A DNA stretch of 64,000 nt from Octopus sinensis (Eukaryota): positions 15,562,001 through 15,626,000 of the forward strand of contig NC_043001.1 of the NCBI RefSeq assembly GCF_006345805.1, in the 5' to 3' direction. The translations under genes were made by a program, and so were the position numbers. This document shows, piece by piece, positions 50,497 to 63,428 of the stretch (position 1 is its first letter; each line of letters starts with the position of its first letter). Under the pieces are notes generated by a model. The model was not told the origin of the DNA. It was given only the letters and a program-made list of their open reading frames with translations, and ran no database searches.

Positions 50497-51149
50497 ATAA
50501 TAATAATAATAATAGTAGTAGTAGTAGTAGTAGTAGCAGCAGCAGCGATACCAGCACCACGAATACTAGCTAATATCAGCCTACAGTAACTTATGTGGTC
50601 TGCTCAAATTACTAGAAACATCAGCAAAATCTCCTTAAAATCACACCCTGCTCCCTTTAGTAAAGAATAATAGCACCAGCTTATACACAAGAGTCTGGAA
50701 ATACAGCAGATGGGAAGGTCACAGTTGGAAGGCATTTGGTCATAAGTTTGCTTAATGAAAGCTGACCAAGACCTAAGCAACAACAACAGCAAGACACCAT
50801 CAACTACTACTACTGCTGCTGCTACATCATCAGTATTATTTACAAGCCTCATACCACCACGACCACCACACTGAAACACAACCACTTACATTCCATCTAT
50901 TACAACCCTGACTACCACCACTACAGCCAGTACCACCACCACCACAACCACTCTCGCTATTGAGATCACCACCTCCACAACCACGAATACTACCAAATTT
51001 TGTGATGTTTAACAAAACGGGGGAGAAATGCAAATGCAAAGTTGAACCAACCTTTGGCGAACTGCTGCCGTTTTTGGTAAGGATTTTCTGGAGAAAAGAA
51101 AAAAAGAAAAATATATGAATATACACAATTCCACTATTAAATACATCTA

Positions 51150-51454
51150 TATATACACACCATTAAATACAACTGTATATACATATATATACACCATTAG
51201 ATACAAATATATATACATATATACAATTAAATACCACTATATATACATATTTATATACATACACCATTAAATACAACTGTATATGCATATATATACAACA
51301 TTAGATACAAATATATATACATATATACAATTAAATACCACTATATATATATATATATATATATACATATATATACACCATTAGATACAAATATATATAC
51401 ATATATATATACATCATTAGATACAAATATATATACATACATACAATTAAATAC

Positions 51455-51498
<44 letters not shown>

Positions 51499-51710
51499 TT
51501 ATATACATACACCATTAAATACAACTGTATATACATATATATATACACCATTAGATACAAATATATATATACATATATACAATTAAATACCACTGTATAT
51601 ACATATATATACACTATTAGATACAAATATATATACATATATACAATTAAATACCACTATATATACATATTTATATACATACACCATTAAATACAGCTAT
51701 ACACACACAC
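51150..51710. repeat. AT-rich higher-order minisatellite (three modules separated by (TA)/(TACA) runs)
   Basis: CCATTAAATACAACTG / CCATTAGATACAAA / CAATTAAATACCAC recur, mostly in this order, with a period of about 100 bp. Confidence 0.9.
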
Positions 51711-52234
51711 CATTAAATGACTATATGTATATATTTCACTTTTGTGTTTGGTTTGCAAGATTCTTTATGTGAATTCGTGTGTTGAAGCATATTTTATGGT
51801 GTCAACAAGTATTGAAAAGGTTGCAAGACGCAATGAAAATTTTAGTAAAAATAAATAAGTAAATGAGTGGAAATCAGAACAGTGAGTGTGTCAAATTAAT
51901 AAAGCACTAAAAGAGAATGACACTCCCTAGACACAATAATATACATATATGCACACATATATACATATATATCATCTTCATCGTTTAACGTCCGCTTTCC
52001 ATGCTGGCATGGGTTGGACGATTTGACTGAGGAGTGGCGAACCAGATGGCCGCACCAGGCTCCAATCTGATCTGGCAGAGTTTCTACAGGTGGATGCCCT
52101 TCATAACTAACGCCAACCACTCCGAAAGTGTAGTGGGTGCTTTTACATGCCACTGGCACGAGGGCCAATCAGGCGGTGCTGGCAACGGCCGCGCTCAAAT
52201 GGTGTTTTGTACGTGCCACCTGCACAAGAACCAT

Positions 52235-52505
52235 ACATACATACATGCATGTATGTGTGTGTGTGTATGTATGTAGGTATGTATGTATGTGTATGTAGGT
52301 ATGTATGTATGTATGTGTGTGTATGTGTGTGTGTGTATGTGTGTGTGTGTATGTGTGTATGTATGTATGTATGTGTGTGTATGTATATATGTATGTATGT
52401 ATGTGTGTATGTATGTATGTATGTATGTATGTGTGTGTGTGTGTGTATGTGTGTGTGTGTGTATGTATGTATGTATGCATGTATGTATGTGTGTATGTAT
52501 GTATT
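52235..52505. repeat. Compound (GTAT)n/(GT)n microsatellite
   Basis: Read directly from the sequence. Confidence 0.97.
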
Positions 52506-52979
52506 AGTGAGAGTGTGTGTGTCTCCTAGTTCGGACATCGGATAGTAGTCGCAAATAAGATCCACCATCATACAAGTGGTGTAAACTCACTTCTGTTTTT
52601 TTTTGCAAGAACGTCGTGATTTCAGAGAGATCTAGCTGTTATTTCTAGCATATTAACCGAGTTGTTTTGAAACTCTTGCTGCCGGCTCAGCATTATCAAA
52701 CGTATCCCTCAATGAAATTAAATAGTAAAGACCACTCTCTCCCCCCTCACCCTCACGTACCCCAGCTCTCCCCCTCTCTGCCTCTCCCTCCCTTCCTCTC
52801 CACCACTGGATTCAGTGTGACATTTCATTCAAGTCTCTTCTAAGTACATTTACAGAATTGGTGAAATTGATACAACTGGGAAACAAGTTTTTTTTAGTTT
52901 TATCTTATTCCACCTTTTTAATTTTACAGCAGAATTTATATATTTGCGTGCGCACACAGTCCTACAATCACCCTAACAG

Positions 52980-53021
<42 letters not shown>

Positions 53022-53805
53022 TATGGTATATCTACTTATATTAATCTAATATCGTTTATACTGGTACACAGTCAATATACACACCCTGTACTCGCATACA
53101 GTATATATACATATACACAGTTATACGTTTATTAAATCCTTAACTGTCTTAAACCATCAAATTAATACTTAATAGAATTACACATCCTCGTACACACGTA
53201 TATATATTTATATATGGATGTATATATACATGTAGATGTAGGTACGTACATATATGTATGTATGCATATATTTTATTTATTACACTATTGTATGACTGAG
53301 CGCCTTCGCGTCGATTCGATTCGATTCGTTTGGTTTGGTTTGGTTTCTTCTTCTTCTCTAAGCTGCTTTATATATAATCATCATCATATATATATATATA
53401 TATTAGAAGAAATGAGGTACTCAGAAAATCTTATGGTTTTATATTTACAGATATTTATTTGTATATTACATGTTTTTATACATCATATAACATATATCAT
53501 GTATTAGCGCTTTCTCCCATTCTAGTGGGGGTTTCAAATCGAACTGAGTTCGACAAATTTATATAAATAAGGATAAGATCGATATCTAAATACCGATCTT
53601 ATCAGGTGGCCAGCATGGAATAAAAACCTTTCAAAGGTAATAATTATTTAAAATTATAATTTAGGGTAGCTAAGAAATACCTCCACGCTGGAAATAGCAG
53701 TCAAAACTTGACTCTAAAACCACATTAGATGTTCATATAGCACCAGGAGAGAAGACAGAGACAAAATAAACTAGCAAAAAAAAAATTATCCAGTAATTTT
53801 TTTGC

Positions 53806-53842
<37 letters not shown>

Positions 53843-54426
53843 AGTTCAGCAGATGAATATGGTACTTAAGTTAAAGGCACCAGAATTTGGTATGTTATTA
53901 TATAAATCAAATGGGGTGATTATAATCACAATAAGCAACAAAGATATCCAAGGTAGTGTAGTACAAAACGGTTGTACTACACTACCTTGGATATCCTTGT
54001 TGCTTATTTTGATTATATATATATGTGTGTGTGTGTGTGCTTGTTTATAGATTAAATTGATGAATTAAGGTTACACTACCCAAGTTCATGTACCTCTATA
54101 TGATTTAATAATACATCTTGAAGTATGTATACGGTATATAACACCATATTTACAAGCTCACAGTATTATGTAATACACACACACACAGAGCAACACATTC
54201 CGTTGTTGTCGGGGTTGATAGCGATAGCAAAGTCTCTTTATAACGACCGAGGTATATTTATGAATGACAACAGATTTAAAGGCAAAGCGGATTTCTCAGG
54301 CGTAAGATTGGGAAAATATTTCAATGAAAACCTCTCAAAAGCCAACAAATGAAAACAAAACAACAAAAAAAAAAGATTTGTTTGTGTTGTTTTTTTTCCA
54401 TCTCCCTCTCCACCATAAAAATGTAC

Positions 54427-54458
<32 letters not shown>

Positions 54459-54860
54459 GTGTACAAACAAGATTTTTATGTTGGATGGAATAAACATAAC
54501 AAGTCGCTTTTTTTTTTCTCACTGAAAACGGCAGAAAACTGGTTTTTATTCGACTTTTCACCCCCATCCACCTACAACAATTATCATCATCATCATCATC
54601 ATTATCAATAAGACGGCAAGCTGGTAGAATCGTTAAGCACGCTGGGTAAAATGCTTAGCGACATTTCGTCCATATTTAACGTTCCGAGTTCAAATTCCGC
54701 CGAGGTCGACTTCACCTTTCATCCTTTCGTGGTCGATAGAATAAGACCAGTTGAACACGGGGTCGATGTAATCGACTAGTCCTCCCGCAAAAAAAAAAAA
54801 AAAAAAAAAAAAAAATCAGGCCTTGTGCCTATAGTAGAAAGGATTATTATTATTGTTGTT

Positions 54861-55400
54861 GAGTGAGGGAGCAGTGCATGCTATCAAAGGGACACTTGGG
54901 TAAAATACACGAAGCCCAGTATACCCACTATGACTACCCATCTAATAAGGGTACATCAGGCACATGCATCACAACCATATGTGCGCAACATGGTGATCTC
55001 ATATCAAGATAAATAGCGCATGACCTTGCGGGTGGGGCCCAGTTAGAATTTTCTTCAGGTTGAGTAGCCCATCCCACTCAAAATGTCCGTCCGTGAATAA
55101 GGGTTGTTTAAGGATGTTGAACGAAACACCCATGTTTCCAGAGGTGAACTATTCAAACCCCAAAGAATTCCTCTCAACACATGGCTATGATGCTCCCCCA
55201 CTACTTCTGCTCTTGATCAGAGATGAACATATCGTCAGCCACTAAGGGACATGCTCAACTGGTTAAGGTCAAACAGCTGACAAGTAAATCTGTGGTATTG
55301 AGCAGAATATTTGCCGTGGGCCATCTTTTATACCAAGACAAAACAATGTACATGATAACACTACCAATCAGTTAAGATCAGAAGCCATGAGAGTCACTGG
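54861..55400 (+). mobile_element. About 550-bp dispersed repeat of unassigned class (copy 2)
   Basis: For example GCTCAACTGGTTAAGGTCAAACAGCTGACAAG and GTGGTATTGAGCAGAATATTTGC match the 38 kb copy in reverse. Confidence 0.75.
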
Positions 55401-55603
55401 TGGCACGTTGGCCGAATCGTTAACACGCTGGCCGTAATGCTTAGCGGACATTTCTAGCCGAGTTCAACTTTGCCTTTTTATTGTTTCTGGGTCGATAAAA
55501 TAATTTTCGTTTAAGAATGAAAGTCCTAGAAAACTGTAAGGCTGCGTTGGGGTGTGTGCTTTTTTTGAGTAAATCTGGCTGCAATTTCTAGCAGTCAACT
55601 CGA

Positions 55604-55648
<45 letters not shown>

Positions 55649-57269
55649 GGTCGTGGTGATTTGAAATGTGAATAAAAAAGGTGCGTGTGTGTGAGGAGAA
55701 AGGAAGTTCAATGGAATATTTTACGCGAACTAGAACCCACAGCCATTGTATTTACAGCAATAAATGAAACAGCAAATGACTGGTGGATATTTAGGTTAGC
55801 TGGCATTACGTCAAAAGTTGGTTGGTAGGAATGTAGATGTGTATACGTGACAATGGCCCGCCAACTGCACGCCTGATTAAACGCAGACAGGGTTTTTTTT
55901 TTTTTCCTCAATGAAACAAGAAGAAACATGTAACGCGAACAGTGTGTATGTGTGTGTATATAATTTTTTTTTAGTAAACACTGAATGTAAATGTGAGCTA
56001 CTATTATAAGTTTCATGTCCAACTTGCATAACGTGCCGTCTACTATACTCGACCATGAAACTTAGAGTAGCTCACGTAGTCATACATTTAAGCCGCAAGA
56101 ACAAAATAAACAACTTTTCAATTAAACATATACAGCTGGCAGTGCAGTTTAGAACGAAAGCCTCCACATTGGTGGTACCTTAACACGAAGTGAATGTATT
56201 TGTTCAAGTCATTTGGAATGTATATGGGGTTTTTTTTTTTTCGAAAATCCATACTTATTTTTGAGTTGTTGAAACTGTTCTGTCCACATTAGAAAAAAGA
56301 ATAAAGAATATGTTGTTAAAGATAAGCCTTGTTATTTATATCCTGTTAACCCGTTAGATGAAAATATTAACTATGATATTTCGACAGAGTAAGCCAACGA
56401 TTTTGCTATGATCTTTACAATCAAGTGGGCAAAGCAGATGTAGATAGAAGTAAATGAATGAATAGTGCCTGTAAGTCAAGTTAACACACGGATTAAGTCG
56501 ATTATATCGACCCCAGTGCGCAACTGGTACTTATTCAATCGACCCCGAAAGGATGAAAGGCAAAGTCGACCTCGGCGGAATATGAACTCAGAACGTAACG
56601 GCAGACGAAATACCCGCTAAGCATTTCGCCCGGTGTGCTAACGTTTCTGCCAGCTCGCCGCCTTTAAACGAAAATAAATATTACAAAACGAAGTGTGTAC
56701 GACTGCGAATGTGTACACACACGTACGTACGTACACATCTCATTCTCTTTTAGCACACACATATACATACTCGTACATACAAATTACACAACTATCCACC
56801 CATCATATCCATAACTACACACATGTATATATATGTATATATATACTGTTAACAAAGATTCAAACAATTATATAATAACACTTCTTCGACCGGGGGTGTG
56901 CTATAATCATATTTGTTATCCTGTACTTGCTTGTTTTCAGTCATTGGACTGCTGCGGCCATACTGGAGCACCGCCTTGAAGAGTTTTTAGTCGAATAAAT
57001 CGAACAGAGGGACTTTTGGTATTTACCTCTTTCTCATTCGCTGAACTTCCAAAGTTATGGAGACGTAAACAAACCAGCACCAGTTGGTAAACGTACCGGT
57101 GAATGAATAAACACACTAAATGCGCTCACAAGTATTTGAATATATATATCCACACACACATACATATATACACATACATACATACATACACATACATTAC
57201 AAATACACATACATGTATATTACATATATATACATACACCATACAAATATATATACATACATATTACAA

Positions 57270-57308
<39 letters not shown>

Positions 57309-58031
57309 CATATATACATATTGTATATACATGCATATATATTACATATATATACACATACATGTATATTATATATAGAGAGAGTTTACGAAATATATTA
57401 TATATATATATATACACACATACATATACACGCGCGCGTGCGCATATGTACATCTGTGTAGGTGTGATGTGTGTACGTAGGTCTGTGTAGATATAGACGT
57501 GTGTGAGTGTATATGAACATATATATACACAGCGACCAAATGATACATCACATTATTACACACACACGATTTTCTACTGCGGAAAGTAGGTTAGTTAGAG
57601 AGAGAGAGGGAAGAAGATGGTGGCGACGGGTGGGGTGTGTATATAAAGCCAGCGTTTATAAGTTGAATGGGTGCGAATTGAAAGGAACGTGGTTGTCAAT
57701 CTCAGGAGCAGAGAGAGAGAGAGAGAGACGCAGAAAGAGAGGAGGAGAGTGACATAAATATATATGTAATGTGTAATAGAGAGAGAGTAAGGTGGGGAGT
57801 AGTCGTAGTTAGGCTATGAGAGGGAGTGAATGAGAGAGCAAGCCAGTTGTTCATTGACACACATGTAAAAAGATAAAGAGAACACAGCGAACGACTGTCA
57901 TTTTTATTTTACTCCAAGTGACGCCCCTCCATTCATCTTTCGACCCCACGGACTAGGAAATGGGGAAAAAATAAATAAATGTAAAAAAAGAATATAAAAG
58001 AAAATAATAATGAAAGAAAAAAATCTCAGTG

Positions 58032-58041
58032 CCATATATGG
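58032..58041. promoter_or_regulatory. Palindromic CArG box (SRF consensus) within a candidate promoter-like motif cluster
   Basis: CCATATATGG fits CC(A/T)6GG exactly; non-repetitive context with GC-box-like motifs. Function is unproven. Confidence 0.35.
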
Positions 58042-59691
58042 TAAGAAGGCGGAGCGAATAGACACGCCCCCTTCATTCATTTAGCCTTTTACTATATTTT
58101 TTTTTCTTTTAATAAATGTTCCATATAAAACAGCAAGGAGTCTTTCTCCCTCATTCAACTTTCATCCCAACATCGCTGAGACACGGGTCAGTGAATGGAC
58201 TACAAGGTTTTGGGGGAGAGGAAGAACCTACACACACACACACGCAAGCTCCTTCTAAGTTTGTTGTTATGATTAAGGCGGTGGTGGTGGGGGTGAGCTG
58301 GCATAATCGTTAAACCTCGGACAGAAATGGATTTGTTTTTGTTATTTGTTCCGGCTCTTTACATTCAGAGTTCAAATCCCGCCGAGGCCAGCCTTTATCT
58401 TTCATCCTTCCGGGGTCAATAAAATAAGGGGACAAGTCAAATACTAGAGTCGAAGTAATCGACTTTCCTCCTTCTCCACAAACTTATGGCGCCAAAATTA
58501 TTATTATTATTATTATTAAGGCAAAGACGTGCTTGGCACAATCGTTAGCACGCTGGACGAAATGCATAGCGGTATTTCGTCTGTCGCTACGTTCTGAGTT
58601 CAAATTCCGCCGAGGTCGACTTTGCCTTTCATCCTTTCGGGGTCGATTAAATAAGTACCAGTTACGCACTGGAGTCGATGTAATCGACTTAATCCGTTTG
58701 TCTGTCCTGGTTTGTCCTCTCTGTGTTTAGCCCCTTGTGGGTAATAAAGAAATAGATATTACATCGCTACGCTCTGAGTTCAAATTCCGCCGAGGTCGGC
58801 TTTGCCTTTCATCCTTTCGGGGTCGATAAAATACGTATCAGTTATGTACTGGTGTCGATATAATCGACTTAGTCCGTCCTTAAAAATTGCTGGCATTGTG
58901 ACTAAATTTTATGCCATCATTATTATTATTATTACATTGGTTCGTCTGCGGACATGGATGGCGCACATAACATTCTTTAATAGAAGACTACAAGCAGGAG
59001 AAAATGTATAAGGAGAGATTTCCAGAAATCGATGTTGTGGGAGAGAAGGGACTGGGTACAGCGGTCAGTGTTGGATCTAGTGGGGTGGGATGGAAAACCT
59101 CACCATGACCAGTCAGTTTCGATGAGCAGTGGCCACTATAGTAACAGTAGAAGAGGCAGAGAGAGGACACAGCATGTATGCGAGTGGTCTGAGTTTGGCG
59201 TGAGTTTGTGGCTGATTTCATGGTTTCCGCCTCCCAAATCCATTCAAGTCTTTGGTCGGCTATGGTTGAAGACCCTTGCATAAGGTGCTCAACTCGGAAC
59301 CATGTGGTTGTGAAGCAAGCTCTTTACCACATAGCCACTCCTGCACATATATGTATATTTAAATTTGTGTGTGAGTGTGTGTGTGTCTTCCTGCCTGTGT
59401 TTGCCCTCCCCCCTTCCCGCCATCCGCTTGACAACCGATGCTGGTATGTTTACGTCCCCATCACCTAGCGGCTCGGCAAAAGAGACCGATAAAGTACTAG
59501 GCTTACAAAGAATAAGTCCTGGGCGCGATTTGTTCGACTAAAGGTGGTGCTCCAGCTTGGCCGCAGTCAAATGACTGAAACGTGTCCGGCGGAATTTGAA
59601 CCTGGAACGCAAAGACAGACATAATGTCGCTAAGCATTTTGCCCAGCGTGTTAACGATTCTGCCAGCACACCGCCTTATATGATGATGATG

Positions 59692-59744
<53 letters not shown>

Positions 59745-61094
59745 CCTTTAGTACTAAAGGCACAAGGACTGAAATTTGTGGGGAGGGGAATGAGTCGATT
59801 ATATCGACCCCAGTATTTCGCTGGTACTTCAATTTATCGATCCGGAAAGAATAAAAGGCAAAGTCAACCTCGGAGGAATTTGAACTCAGAACGTAGCGAT
59901 GCAAAAAGGACAATAACACTGTTTTAAGAAGGAGAGAGAGAGGGGGAGAGGAATTAAGAGAAACAGATATAAAAGAGAGAGTGAGAAGAGTGAGTTTATA
60001 ATAGAGAAAATGTAAGAGAATGAAGGAGTGGGAGAAGAGTGACAGGAGGAGAGATAGGGAGGAAGGGGAGGGAAAACAGGTCGCGATATAAGAGAGAGAT
60101 TATTAAGTGGGAGGGGGAGGAGTAGCCTGTGTCAAGCTGACAGAAGTTGTTTTCATGAAATAATGTAAGAGAGTCGACGACTGTAAAAAAAATAAGGTTT
60201 GAAAGACTTTATGAATGAAAGAATTTTGAAACGAGTTGAGAAGAATAGAATGCGCGTGTGTGTGTGTGTGTGTGATATATAGTCTTTCTCTCTCTTTTAC
60301 TTGTTTCAGGTCATTTGACTGCGGCCATGCTGGAGTAACCGCCTTTATTTAGTCGAGCAAATCGATCCCACGACTTATTCTTTTTTGTAAGCCTAGTACT
60401 TATTCTATCGGTTCTCTTTTGCCGAACCGCTAAGTTACGGGGACAAACACACACACACATATATATATACATATATACGACGGGCTTCTTTCAGTTTCCG
60501 TCTACCAAATCCACTCACAAGGCTTTGGTCGGCCCGAGGTTATAGTAGCAGACACTTGCCCAAGGTGCCACGCAATAGGACTGAACACGGAACCATGTGG
60601 TTCGTAAGCAAACTACTTACCACACAGCCACTCCCACATATATATATATATATACATACATAAACATTGTTTTTTCTTTTATGTTCTAAGAAAATGTGTG
60701 TGTGTATAATATATGTATAAGAAAAAATCTCTGTCCAAAAGCTAAAACGTGAAAAAACGAAATTACAGAAGTATTTTTATTGCCGAGTCTCAAGTTAACA
60801 TTGTAAAGCACAGCAGAACCACACAAACATACATGCACACAATTACATAGTTTATGATGCTAAAGTGTGTATTATGACACATTCCTGAGAGTATGTGTGT
60901 GTGAAAGTATGTGTGTAAAATATACACGGTGGTAGGCGGTTTTAATAAATTTTAAACCAACAAAAACTGCGTCACGTTCTGTTTTCACGAGTAAGAAACG
61001 GTGAAAGGCGCGCTCGTGTATATTAGAAGGATAGATATATGAATGACAGAGCGAGACAGACAGACACATGAGAGATGGAGAGAGGGGGGAGTTA

Positions 61095-61484
61095 TCTTTA
61101 TATATAAAAGTGAGGTTGTGTGCTGTGTCTCCTACGACTTAGATTCCTAACTACTCCCACATTTTGCGGTGCAGTTTAACCAAAACCGGGTATCTTATAG
61201 TCGTGATTCATATTGAGCCCTTCTGGGTATTAGCGTGCGTCTACGATGAGTCTACGATTTAAAAAAAAAATTACCATCATTTTTTCCCATTTTAATGCAT
61301 TTTTTTCGCTATTATATAAGGGAAGTAACACTCTAAAAATGTCTACGATGAGTCAACGATTTAAAAAAAATTTACCATCATTTTTTTTTCCATTTTTAGT
61401 GCAATTTTTTGGCTATAACTCTCTAAAAATGCTTATATAGTTATTTCCCTTACAAACCCGAGCAACGCCGGGCGATACTGCTAG
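61095..61484 (+). mobile_element. Complete non-autonomous Helitron (390 bp)
   Basis: A|TCTTTATATATAAAAG 5' end; 3' hairpin CCCG-AGCAACGC-CGGG (61457-61472) then CTAG|T. Inserted between A and T with no TSD. Internal duplication of GTCTACGATGAGTC.ACGATTTAAAAAAAA. Confidence 0.85.
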
Positions 61485-61751
61485 TATTAAATAAAAGTTT
61501 AAAGGTAAATTAGCTAACTTTAGTCCCATTTTAAACTTCACTGAATGACAAGACACACAGATAAAAGAACAATGTGACAATGAGGAAATTTTCTACTCGG
61601 TCACTAGAGTTGCGAGAAATGGTAGACTAATCTCCCTCAAATCGTATTTCGTACATCATCTTACAAAAAACAGAAGATATATTTTATTAAGCAACCATAG
61701 CCCGTCCAGGGTGGCCATGACGGGATTCAGACAATCCTTTGATATTGGTAG

Positions 61752-61761
61752 ATGACGTCAT
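61752..61761. promoter_or_regulatory. Perfect CRE palindrome ATGACGTCAT
   Basis: Exact consensus TGACGTCA, embedded in the GTAGATGA...TCATCTAC inverted repeat. Function is unproven. Confidence 0.3.
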
Positions 61762-63051
61762 TCATCTACAACACTACCTCAAAATGGGATTTAAAGTCAG
61801 AATGTAAGGAGTTGGAAACACGCTGCATCTTTTCTAAAACTCTGAAGATTCTGGCAGCCTTTAACAACAGCAATAGTGATATTTCTTTCTATTATAAGGC
61901 ACAAGGCTTGAAAGTTTAGGCAAGGGGGTACAGTCGATTACATCGAAGCCCCAGGGCTCAACTGATATTTATTTCATTGAGCCCCGAAAAGACGAAAGGC
62001 AAAGTCGGCCTCGGTGGAATTCGAACCTAGAACGTAAAGACGGACGAGATACCTATTTCTTTACTACCCACAAGGGGCTACACACAGAAGGGACAAACAA
62101 AGACAGACAAACGGACTAAGTCGATTACAACGACCCCAGTGCGTAACTGGTACTTAATTTATCAACCCCGAAAGGATGAAAGGCAAAATCGACCTCGGCA
62201 GAATTTGAACTCAGAACGTAACGGCAGACGAAATACTGCCTGGTGTGCTAAAGTTTCTGCTAGCTCACCGCCTCATCATCATCATCAACAAGAACAAGAA
62301 CAACAACAACGTGAATAATGAATGTTGTGTGTCCGTTAATTTTCAGGCAACCGGGAAAACTTTCACTTTACACGTGTCCACCAAAAGTTCAGTCGAAGTT
62401 TTTAATGTTTCGCCACAAATGGACATTTATTCTAATAGCTAATCTGTGGGTGCGTACGTGCGTGTGTGTGTGTGTGTTAGGTGGAGAAGGAGGGTTGTGG
62501 GACTTGTGGTATTGAGAAGAGGCGGAAGAATTGGAGAGAAAGCTATGGGTGGTGTGCTTGCAGTGACTAATTTGATGAGCAAAACACGACGACCGTAGCT
62601 ATTCAAATACTGGTAACGTTTGTAATTTCTGTAACGATGATAGTTATAATGATGATGATGATGACGATGATGATAATGGAGATGTTGCTGATGGTGGTGG
62701 CAACGGATGCTGCTGCGGATGACTAACACAATAAAATAACAAATTCGATAACCCAGCACCGAGTACCGCAGATGAGAAACCTTCAACACGTGCCAACTTG
62801 GAAATATTGTTCAAATTTTTTTGACAAAACAGAAACTCTTTTAAACCCGTTGGAAAATCAACAAGCAACAATGGCCGCCATCTACTACGACCATATTGTT
62901 GAAAATGGCGGACACAACTCCAGTTAAGCAATCCCCCCCTCTCTCTCTTCCAGCCACAGCAATCTCCCCACCTCTTTCTCTCACTCACAGATCGATAAAA
63001 AAAAGTGTTTCCAATATTTCCAAATGTTTGAGTGGCTGTGTGGTAAGTAGG

Positions 63052-63428
63052 CGCAGGAGTGGCTGTGTGGTAAGTAGCTTTGCTTACGAACCGCATGGTT
63101 CAGGGTTCAGTCCCACTGCGTGACACCTTGGGCAAGTTTCTTCTACTCTAGCCTCGGGCCGACTAAACCCTTGTGGGTGGATTTGGTAGGCGGAAACTGA
63201 AAGAAGCCCGTCTTATATATGTATATGTGTGTGTATGTTTTTGTGTCTGTGTTTGTCCCCCCAACATCGCTTGACAACCGATGCTGGTGTGTTTACGTCC
63301 CCGTAAATTAACGCGGTTCGGCAGAGGAGATCGATATAATAAGTACTAGGCTTACAAAGAATAAGTCCTGGGGTCGATTAGCTCGACTAAAGGCGGTGCT
63401 TCAGCATGGCCACAGTCAAATGTGAAAC
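63052..63428 (+). mobile_element. Family B SINE, full length, with a short duplicated head at 63030-63050
   Basis: AGTGGCTGTGTGGTAAGTAG occurs twice, followed by the complete family B body. Confidence 0.85.

Noticed and set aside
50836-51126. Gly/Cys-rich ORF with an acceptor-like ttttctccAG and an AAT|GTAAGT donor as a possible ets exon
   Set aside because: Built largely from degenerate (GGT)n, phase 0 in the open frame (incompatible with the phase-1 acceptor at 42483), no homology. At most a UTR exon.
44519-57563. Long His/Thr/Tyr/Ile or Val/Cys ORFs (44.5-45.4, 52.1-52.6, 57.1-57.6 kb)
   Set aside because: Translations of (CA)n, (TA)n and (GTAT)n repeats.
62896-63123. Plus-strand ORF MADTTPVKQSPP... 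with good ATG context
   Set aside because: It runs into a family B SINE head, the apparent GTAAGT donor belongs to the SINE, and no recognisable domain is present.
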